Shown piece by piece: positions 14,485 through 19,922 of a stretch of DNA of 19,922 bases; the stretch's first letter is position 1, and every line of letters begins with the position of its first letter. Source of the stretch: Candidatus Woesearchaeota archaeon. GTDB taxonomy: Archaea; Nanobdellota; Nanobdellia; Pacearchaeales; GW2011-AR1. Under the pieces are notes generated by a model. The model was not told the origin of the DNA. It saw only the letters and a program-made list of their open reading frames with translations, and did not search any database. Position numbers and translations under genes: made by a program. The stretch is taken from the NCBI GenBank assembly GCA_964549155.1, contig CAZJUG010000018.1:1-19922 (forward strand), in the 5' to 3' direction.

Positions 14485-14606
14485 TATTTTTTAATCTCTC
14501 CCGCATTTTGTTTAGTTAGTGTTCTAGCAACTTCCTTTCTTATAGCTTTCCTTTTCAAAGATTCTTTTAGAATCCTTATTTTTAATTCCTTAATTTTATT
14601 TTCCAT
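14484..14606 (-). CDS. rpl29: Candidate miniaturised 50S ribosomal protein uL29, 40 aa (MENKIKELKIRILKESLKRKAIRKEVARTLTKQNAGEIKK)
   Basis: Not in the ORF track (under 60 aa). It exactly fills the only gap in the operon, at the canonical uL29 slot between rps3 and sui1. The ATG at 14606 overlaps the rps3 3' end by 11 nt, and the TAA at 14486-14484 forms a TAATG junction with the sui1 ATG. AIRKEVARTLT resembles the uL29 C-terminal helix (IR..R..IARI.T). An in-frame TAA at 14612-14610 prevents any longer version. Confidence 0.5.
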   Translation of the reverse strand: MENKIKELKIRILKESLKRKAIRKEVARTLTKQNAGEIKK

Positions 14607-15276
14607 TTTTTACTTTCTTTTTAGTTTTAATTTTCTTTTCTTCTACAAGGGTCTGTTCGTTAAGTTTCATTTTGCTTATAAGTTCATCGGTTATAGCGAT
14701 ATCTTCATTAAGCAGTTTATTTTGTTTTAATACACTTACTTCCACCCCGATAACTCCCATTTTATCGCAACCAGTACTTTTCGCTTTATCTACCAAATGT
14801 CTTTGATCTCCAGTCTTTTTTAGATGACCGAATTTAAATCTCCAAGTCTTCGCTCTCTCACTTGGTAATCTTCCAGACAATACAATTTCTCCACCCAATG
14901 CTCCTGCAGACTTTATCTTTGTAATCATTTTATAAGCAATAGATTTAAACCTAAGAGAACCAAATCTTTCTAGGGATAATGCAATTTCATCCGCAACAAG
15001 TTGAGCATCCAAATCTGGATTAGTTATCTCTCCGATATCTATGTGAGGATTTTCCATTTTAAATTTCTTCTTCAAGACATGAGTCAATCTTTCTATAGAT
15101 TCTCCTTTCTTACCTATGATAATCCCCGGTTTATGTGTATATATCGTAATCCTTTCTCCAACAGGAGTATAATCAATTTTAACATTAGAAATTCTTCCCT
15201 TTCCAAACTCTCTCTTAATAAAATCCTTCACTCCCAATTCTCCTTTTCTCAAATTGACAAATTTTCTTTCTTCCAT
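14596..15276 (-). CDS. rps3: 30S ribosomal protein uS3
   Basis: KH-domain N-terminus (KFVNLRKGELGVKDFIKREF...ERITIYTHKPGIIIGKKGESIERL) and a uS3 C-terminal domain, with a K-rich tail. Confidence 0.95.
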   Translation of the reverse strand: MEERKFVNLRKGELGVKDFIKREFGKGRISNVKIDYTPVGERITIYTHKPGIIIGKKGESIERLTHVLKKKFKMENPHIDIGEITNPDLDAQLVADEIALSLERFGSLRFKSIAYKMITKIKSAGALGGEIVLSGRLPSERAKTWRFKFGHLKKTGDQRHLVDKAKSTGCDKMGVIGVEVSVLKQNKLLNEDIAITDELISKMKLNEQTLVEEKKIKTKKKVKNGK

Positions 15277-15277
15277 A

Positions 15278-15832
15278 TTAATCTTTCTCCATCTTTAGTT
15301 TAGTTTTTTCTTTAGCTTCAATATATACATGAGCTCTCTTTCCTCTCCTTCCTTCTTTTTTGTGGGGGAGCTGTGCCTTATTTGCAATTGCTAGAGTTAT
15401 TATTGGCATTTCTATTCCACTTACCTGTGCATTTGCTTTTAACTGTTTAAGTAGATGCATAATTTCAATTGCAGCATTTACAGGGTATCTCCCAGACATC
15501 ATTCCCTTTCCCTTTCGGTGTGGAATCTCTGCACCATTCATAGGAACGGCTTTCTTCTTAAGAACTACTTGTTCTAAGAACTTAACAGCCTCATCTATTC
15601 CTTTTCCTCTTATTGCTTTACAAATATACTTGGAATTTTTTGGACTTATTCTCATGGAGAATCCATTAGCAATCGCTTTATCCTTCTGTTCAACTTTTTT
15701 AGTTTCCTTCTTCTTGACTTCCTTTATTTCCTCTGTCTTTTCGGTTTCTTTTTTATCAAGACCTTCTTTCACTATTTCTTCATTTACATTTTCCATTTTT
15801 TCTTTTTTATTTTTCTGAGATTGTTTTTCCAT
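15278..15832 (-). CDS. rpl22: 50S ribosomal protein uL22 with a ~50-aa K/E-rich N-terminal extension
   Basis: The core ANGFSMRISPKNSKYICKAIRGKGIDEAVKFLEQVVLKKKAVPM...HRKGKGMMSGRYP is typical uL22. ATG 15832 lies 1 nt after the rps19 stop, with GGTGA 6 nt upstream. Confidence 0.92.
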   Translation of the reverse strand: MEKQSQKNKKEKMENVNEEIVKEGLDKKETEKTEEIKEVKKKETKKVEQKDKAIANGFSMRISPKNSKYICKAIRGKGIDEAVKFLEQVVLKKKAVPMNGAEIPHRKGKGMMSGRYPVNAAIEIMHLLKQLKANAQVSGIEMPIITLAIANKAQLPHKKEGRRGKRAHVYIEAKEKTKLKMEKD

Positions 15833-15833
15833 A

Positions 15834-16241
15834 TTATTTCACCGAAAGAGAGGATGTTCCCTTAGTCGCTCCTACTCCTGCTGCCCCATGTTTAACTATT
15901 CTTCTTGTAGCTGCAAATTCTCCTAATCTATGCCCCACCATTTCCAAACTTATCTTTATAGGTACAAATTCCTTTCCATTATGGATTCCGATTGTCCAAT
16001 CAATAAATTTTGGAATGATTACCATTTCTCTAGCATGTGTTTTAGGCACTTTATTCTTTGAAATTTTTTTCTCTGCTTTCTTAATAAACTCCTCAGTTAT
16101 TTTGGTATTCCTCACTAAGTTTCTTCTTTCATTAGCACAAATAAGTTTTGCAAATTCTCCAATCGAAAGCTTTTTCAATTCTTCTGCTTCCATTCCTCTA
16201 AATTTCTTTTTCTTTACTGCGAAACTTGTTTCTTCACTCAT
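15834..16241 (-). CDS. rps19: 30S ribosomal protein uS19
   Basis: FRGMEAEELKKLSIGEFAKL...TIGIHNGKEFVPIKISLEMVGHRLGEFAATR is typical uS19. GGGGAGG lies upstream of the ATG. ATGA overlap with rpl2. Confidence 0.95.
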   Translation of the reverse strand: MSEETSFAVKKKKFRGMEAEELKKLSIGEFAKLICANERRNLVRNTKITEEFIKKAEKKISKNKVPKTHAREMVIIPKFIDWTIGIHNGKEFVPIKISLEMVGHRLGEFAATRRIVKHGAAGVGATKGTSSLSVK

Positions 16242-16936
16242 TTGTTCTTCCTCCCCGTTCTTATAGGTCTCAATAATCCTACTTTCTGTCCAGGAGATGC
16301 AAATCTCTGTATAATCTTGCTCTTTATTCTCTTTCCTCTTCCAGAACCGAATGGATGGTCTATTGCATTCATCTTTACTGTACTAGTTCGAGGCCACAAC
16401 TTTGATTTAGCCTTTTTAATATAATATTGTTTTCCAGCCTTAAGAATTGGTTTTTCTAATCTTCCTTGACCTGCAGCTTCTCCAATCGTAGCTCTACATC
16501 TTCCATCAAGAAGTTTTTCCTTCTTTGAAGGCATCATTATTTTTATAAGATCTCCTTGTTTTCCTAATACAACTGCAAAATTTCCTCCAGTTCTTGCAAA
16601 CTTTCCACCATCTTGAAAGGAATTTTCTATATTGAATATTTTGGTCCCTACAACTATATCACTCAAGGAGGATATGTCGCCAAAGGATTCTCCTCCAATG
16701 GAAATTTTTTGTCCCTCAAAAACATTTTTCGCTGCTAAATTGTAAAATATTCTCCCAGAGTTATCCCTTATCTTTATTATAGGAACAGAATGTCCTGCAG
16801 AACTAAATAATTTTATTATAGTCATTTCTTCTCCTATGTGGTTTGGATATTTAGGTTCAACTGAAAATGCCTTTCTCCTAACTCTATAAGTAGAACTTCC
16901 GTGTCCTCTTGCCTGTGAGATTATTCTTTTACCCAT
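16238..16936 (-). CDS. rpl2: 50S ribosomal protein uL2
   Basis: ...GGKFARTGGNFAVVLGK...GRCRATIGEAAGQGRLEKPILKAGKQYY...WPRTSTVKMNAIDHPFGSG contains the uL2 signature (MN..DHP.GGG-like). Confidence 0.95.
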   Translation of the reverse strand: MGKRIISQARGHGSSTYRVRRKAFSVEPKYPNHIGEEMTIIKLFSSAGHSVPIIKIRDNSGRIFYNLAAKNVFEGQKISIGGESFGDISSLSDIVVGTKIFNIENSFQDGGKFARTGGNFAVVLGKQGDLIKIMMPSKKEKLLDGRCRATIGEAAGQGRLEKPILKAGKQYYIKKAKSKLWPRTSTVKMNAIDHPFGSGRGKRIKSKIIQRFASPGQKVGLLRPIRTGRKNK

Positions 16937-16937
16937 C

Positions 16938-17192
16938 TTATAACATTCCTATCTTTGTCGCAACATCTACCGCAACAAATTCTGGTTTTAATTTAACATA
17001 AACTCTTTTCTTATTTGCCCTCGTTATAGTTTTTACACTTTCAACTTTAACATCAAATAGCTCTTCAACTTCCTTTTTTATTTCTTCCTTTTTAACCTTT
17101 CTATCTGTTTGAAAGCATAAAAGATTCTCCTTCTCAAGAAGTCTTACTACTTTTTCACTAGATATTACTTTTTCTAAAATTATTTTTTCCAT
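16938..17192 (-). CDS. rpl23: 50S ribosomal protein uL23
   Basis: 84 aa. SEKVVRLLEKENLLCFQTDRKVKKEEIKKEVEELFDVKVESVKT is typical uL23. AGGAG lies upstream of the ATG. Confidence 0.93.
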   Translation of the reverse strand: MEKIILEKVISSEKVVRLLEKENLLCFQTDRKVKKEEIKKEVEELFDVKVESVKTITRANKKRVYVKLKPEFVAVDVATKIGML

Positions 17193-17965
17193 TTTTCTCC
17201 TATCTCCTTTATTGATTCTTCACTATATGCTATGACTCTTCCAGGTAATCCATTTATTGAAATATCAGAGATTGAAATATCATCTACTTTAACAACATCC
17301 ACTCCTTTTCTATTCATCTTCTCATTCTTACCTAAAACAAACAATATTCCCAAACTTGACCTATATTTTCTCCCTCGAAGTTTACCTTTTCCACTTCTTC
17401 TAATTTTTCTCTTAAGTGTTTTTTCATAATCTTTTCCGAATAATAATTTTAGAAATTCAATGAACTCTTTTGTCTTCATCTCTAAAACTTCTTTATTCAC
17501 AACTAGTGGAACCTTTGATATATCTATTCCATAATTAGTCTTCAAAATTTTTTTATCGATACTAGCACTAAAACAAGAGTTTATTGCAAGAAGTAACTCT
17601 TTTTTATTTATTTTTCTAAACTGATTCTTCTCAGATCTTGGAGGATGTGCAGTTCTTCCACCCCTTGTATTTGTTGCAGTTGCTCCAACCCAATTAAATG
17701 AAGAGCCATGTCTGGACATAATCTTTCTAGGAATTCTAGAAATTCCCTTTCCATATGTTCCCTTCCATTTATGCCTCGCTTTTTTAGAAATACCTGAAGC
17801 AGAATATCCAGCACCTGAACCAATCAAAGTTCCATAGGATTGTTCCCTTTTTTGAGCCTCAAATATTTTTTGAACAATATCCTTTCTTATTTCTGTAGAA
17901 AAATTCTTTGGCAAATCAATACTCTTTGTTTCTTTCCCAGATTTATTTAATATTTGTGCTTTCAT
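17180..17965 (-). CDS. rpl4: 50S ribosomal protein uL4
   Basis: 261 aa. ...GAGYSASGISKKARHKWKGTYGKGISRIPRK...GGRTAHPP is typical of archaeal uL4. ATGA overlap with rpl3. Confidence 0.93.
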   Translation of the reverse strand: MKAQILNKSGKETKSIDLPKNFSTEIRKDIVQKIFEAQKREQSYGTLIGSGAGYSASGISKKARHKWKGTYGKGISRIPRKIMSRHGSSFNWVGATATNTRGGRTAHPPRSEKNQFRKINKKELLLAINSCFSASIDKKILKTNYGIDISKVPLVVNKEVLEMKTKEFIEFLKLLFGKDYEKTLKRKIRRSGKGKLRGRKYRSSLGILFVLGKNEKMNRKGVDVVKVDDISISDISINGLPGRVIAYSEESIKEIGEKWKK

Positions 17966-18906
17966 CTAATCTCCAACAATTCATATTTCTTTTTTAATTT
18001 ACTTTTAGGAGCTCTTAAAGGTTTTGTCAAAATAAGTTGTCTTTTACTTGGACCTTGAAGAGAACCAGCAAGGAGAATATAATCTCCACTCAGTTTACCA
18101 TACTTATGAAATTCTATTTTTCTTCCAGGTTTATTTTCACTAACACTCTCTTTACCTAATATAATGCTGTTATATGTAATCCTCGTGTGGAATCCTGTTT
18201 GACCTGATATGGGGACCCTAAAATTAACTCTTGCAGGATGCCATGGACCCAAGCTTCCCGGTCTTCTAACTCCCTTTTCGGATTTATGTTGTTTAAGTGA
18301 AATTCCAAATCTTTTAACTGGACCTTGCAAACCTTTTCCTTTAGTTACACCCCTCACATCCAATAGTTTATCTGAGAATATTTCTGAGAATTTTATTCCT
18401 TTTCCTATCTTACTCTTAACAAACTCTAATTTTTCTTCTTTGGAACCACTAAGTCCAAGTTCTATCATATCTGGAGTTTTCTTAAAAAATTTATTTTTTA
18501 GGTCTGAATAAACAATTATTCTCAAATCTTCAAACCCTTCTTTCAATTCAGAGATGTTTTTAATTTGTTTAGGAACCTTAACGATTCTTTTAAGCTCTTT
18601 ATCTGAAGAAACAACAACCTCTCCAATTGACTGATTGTCTTTATATGCTCTGATAGAAAATATCTTTAATTCAGGGCATTCAATTACTGTCGCAGGGAGT
18701 GTTATTTTCTTTCCCTTTGTCATTGAATCTGGAGTATCATCCTTCACCAAAACAGAAATCATTCCAACCTTATAACCAATAAATCCCTTTGGTCCTTTCT
18801 CTTCAGTTTTTATCGCTTCCCAATTTACATCAGGCAGGATTCTGACACTTCTCTTTCTAGGCCAAAACCTCATACTTCCATATCTGGGTCTATTTATTCT
18901 AGGCAT
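17962..18906 (-). CDS. rpl3: 50S ribosomal protein uL3
   Basis: MPRINRPRYGSMRFWPRKRS...GFIGYKVGM...VRGVTKGKGLQGPVKRFG...GPWHPARV...GQTGFH is typical archaeal uL3. It is the first gene of the cluster. Confidence 0.95.
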   Translation of the reverse strand: MPRINRPRYGSMRFWPRKRSVRILPDVNWEAIKTEEKGPKGFIGYKVGMISVLVKDDTPDSMTKGKKITLPATVIECPELKIFSIRAYKDNQSIGEVVVSSDKELKRIVKVPKQIKNISELKEGFEDLRIIVYSDLKNKFFKKTPDMIELGLSGSKEEKLEFVKSKIGKGIKFSEIFSDKLLDVRGVTKGKGLQGPVKRFGISLKQHKSEKGVRRPGSLGPWHPARVNFRVPISGQTGFHTRITYNSIILGKESVSENKPGRKIEFHKYGKLSGDYILLAGSLQGPSKRQLILTKPLRAPKSKLKKKYELLEIR

Positions 18907-18933
18907 TTTCTATTTGTTTTTTATTTTGAACTC

Positions 18934-18991
18934 AAGGATAGCAGTCCTTTTGTTCTATGTTGCATTCGTCTCAACCAAACGAGTGTGCAAC
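18934..18991 (-). promoter_or_regulatory. Two predicted stem-loops in the putative 5' leader of rpl3
   Basis: Minus-strand reading. Hairpin A (18991-18959) is GTTGCA-CAC-TCGT-TTGGTTGAG-ACGA-A-TGCAAC, with 6-bp and 4-bp stems. Hairpin B (18949-18934) is AAGGA-CTGCTA-TCCTT, with a 5-bp stem. Both are more GC-rich than the surrounding sequence. No TATA-like box sits in the -21 register used by other genes here. Confidence 0.35.
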
Positions 18992-19001
18992 TCCAAAATT
19001 C

Positions 19002-19024
19002 TTAATCTAACCTAATTAGATTAA
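19002..19024. repeat. Perfect inverted repeat: 9-bp arms, 5-bp spacer (TTAATCTAA-CCTAA-TTAGATTAA)
   Basis: Direct reading shows that 19002-19010 is the exact reverse complement of 19016-19024. It lies 32 nt downstream of the recombinase stop codon and just downstream of the candidate rpl3-operon TATA boxes. Confidence 0.7.
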
Positions 19025-19040
19025 TATCTACAAGAACAAG

Positions 19041-19064
19041 ATAAAAAGTTCCTTTTTAAAGCTG
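19041..19064 (-). promoter_or_regulatory. Candidate distal promoter of the r-protein operon: two adjacent BRE/TATA-like 12-mers (CAGCTTTAAAAA and GAACTTTTTATC)
   Basis: The minus-strand 12-mers at 19064-19053 and 19052-19041 match the local consensus ARGYTTTWTAWA at about 10 of 12 and 9 of 12 positions. They overlap the recombinase stop codon and would give a ~110-125 nt leader before rpl3. Confidence 0.3.
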
Positions 19065-19913
19065 TTGGTTATATGGGTCAAGAGGACTTCTTATCCCTAT
19101 TAATCTTCCACTAGAATGTGTGTAAATCATTGATGTTTCAGGAGACTTATGTCCGAGTGAGGCCTGAACATCAGTTATAGAATAATTGTTCTCAATTAGG
19201 TGTGTGGCAAAAGAATGCCTCAAGGTGTGTGGGTGGACTTCCTTATAATCTTCAATTCCTGCATTTCGAGCAGCATTGCGAACAATCTTCTGGACTGAAA
19301 CTACACTATACTCCCTTCCTCTATTAGAAATAAAAACATATTCTTTAGGATCTCTTCCTTCACAAATTGCAGAAAGAGCAATTTCAATTCTATCAGCAAT
19401 CACAAAGATTCTGTCTTTTCCACCCTTTCCATTTCGAACAAAACCATATCTTTCAGGAATTTTCAAGTCTTCAATTCTCAAATGAATCATTTCAGAAACT
19501 CTAAGTCCTGCAGAATAAAGTAGAGCAACCATTAGCCGATGCTTAGGATTTTTCACAGACTTTATGAGTCTTTCAATTTCTTCTTTAGTCAAATATCTTT
19601 GAATTTTCTTAGGAACTTTAGAATACTTTATGTCAACCCACATTTTTCTGCCCAAAATTTCTTCAAAATAAAATTTTATAGCCATCAAATGAACATTTAG
19701 GCTGTTCCCTGCTTGACCCTTCTCATCTTTCATTTCTAGAAACTCGCGAACATCTTTTTTGGTAATGCAGTTGACGGGTTTCTTACACCATCTCAAAAAT
19801 CTCTCAACACAACCAATGTATGTAGAAATCGTTCTAGGAGAATATCTTCTTCGGCTAAGCTCTCTAGCTAAACTTTCCGAAGGATTTTGATTATAAGCAC
19901 AAGATTTACTCAT
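19056..19913 (-). CDS. xerA: Tyrosine recombinase (XerA / XerC/D-like integrase family)
   Basis: 285 aa. N-terminal SAM-like core-binding domain (YSPRTISTYIGCVERFLRW). Catalytic residues are present: R in LLYSAGLRVSE, HTLRHSFATHL (H-x-x-R), GHKSPETSMIYTH (H...Y). Its size and architecture fit archaeal XerA. An integrase of a mobile element cannot be excluded because the upstream flank is outside the window. Confidence 0.85.
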   Translation of the reverse strand: MSKSCAYNQNPSESLARELSRRRYSPRTISTYIGCVERFLRWCKKPVNCITKKDVREFLEMKDEKGQAGNSLNVHLMAIKFYFEEILGRKMWVDIKYSKVPKKIQRYLTKEEIERLIKSVKNPKHRLMVALLYSAGLRVSEMIHLRIEDLKIPERYGFVRNGKGGKDRIFVIADRIEIALSAICEGRDPKEYVFISNRGREYSVVSVQKIVRNAARNAGIEDYKEVHPHTLRHSFATHLIENNYSITDVQASLGHKSPETSMIYTHSSGRLIGIRSPLDPYNQQL

Positions 19914-19922
19914 CCATATAAT

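Larger units (their letters stand above)
7916..18906 (-). other. Archaeal ribosomal-protein supercluster (23 genes including sui1), probably one polycistron
   Basis: Gene order is canonical for archaea. Neighbouring genes are separated by 0-1 nt or overlap (ATGA / TAATG junctions). Confidence 0.9.

Noticed and set aside
8677-18511. Many plus-strand ORFs antisense to ribosomal genes (for example 10457-10771, 11049-11372, 12855-13100, 15360-15818, 16015-16266, 18209-18511)
   Set aside because: All are F/L/S/I-rich translations of the complement of K/E-rich r-protein genes. None has promoter-like boxes in the -21 register or any recognisable domain. They are shadow ORFs.
18925-18969. 14-codon ORF in the rpl3 leader (ATGCAACATAGAACAAAAGGACTGCTATCCTTGAGTTCAAAATAA, minus strand)
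   Set aside because: It is too short and has no Shine-Dalgarno or promoter support. It overlaps the predicted hairpins and is most likely fortuitous.
18907-19055. Possible tRNA or other known ncRNA gene in the recombinase-rpl3 spacer
   Set aside because: The hairpins do not form a cloverleaf. There is no GTTCRANYC T-loop, no D-loop signature, and no C/D (RUGAUGA/CUGA) or H/ACA boxes. I kept it only as a candidate leader structure.
18907-19055. Absence of rps10 upstream of rpl3 as an anomaly
   Set aside because: This is only a bacterial expectation. In archaea uS10 is normally encoded elsewhere, with the EF-1alpha/EF-2 (str-like) cluster, so rpl3 as first gene is normal.
19056-19922. The recombinase as a marker of an integrated mobile element or genomic island
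   Set aside because: No att-like direct repeats, tRNA target or cargo genes are visible. The gene is intact and of XerA size, and it sits next to core genes. The upstream flank is outside the window, so a mobile-element call cannot be supported here.
1-19922. CRISPR arrays, tandem repeats, rRNA genes, transposase/IS elements
   Set aside because: Reading through the window I found no regularly spaced direct repeats, no long tandem repeats, and no rRNA-like or transposase-like sequence. Nearly all the DNA is accounted for by the genes listed.

Overview
The window is strongly AT-rich (judged by eye, not computed) and very compact. It is archaeal, because it encodes eL19, eL32, eS4, aIF1/SUI1, AglB/STT3 and an Alg7-type AglH. 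The K/E-rich proteins and tight gene packing suggest a reduced DPANN-like lineage; this is inference only. On the minus strand, 7916-18906 is the canonical archaeal ribosomal-protein supercluster with essentially no intergenic DNA: rpl3-rpl4-rpl23-rpl2-rps19-rpl22-rps3-(mini rpl29)-sui1-rps17-rpl14-rpl24-rps4e-rpl5-rps14-rps8-rpl6-rpl32e-rpl19e-rpl18-rps5-rpl30-rpl15. It is followed by secY and a DUF106/YidC-like insertase. Further downstream lie an eIF-2B-family gene (the only plus-strand gene), a SpoIIM-like membrane protein, a 44-aa zinc-ribbon ORF, a ThrH-like HAD phosphatase, the GlcNAc-1-P transferase AglH and the oligosaccharyltransferase AglB. The ORF track misses AglB (775 codons visible) because it runs off the window, and it misses the zinc-ribbon ORF because it is under 60 aa. 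A XerA-like tyrosine recombinase sits upstream of rpl3. I see no rRNA, tRNA, CRISPR array or clear mobile element, and I cannot support a radically new multi-gene system. The main second-look items are these:
- a recurring BRE/TATA-like 12-mer placed 21 nt before six start codons and 20 nt before a seventh, which implies leaderless mRNAs
- a structured leader and a perfect palindrome between the recombinase and rpl3
- a 40-codon mini uL29
- loss of rnp1 and adk from their usual syntenic slots
- clustering of secY, a YidC-like gene, aglH and aglB
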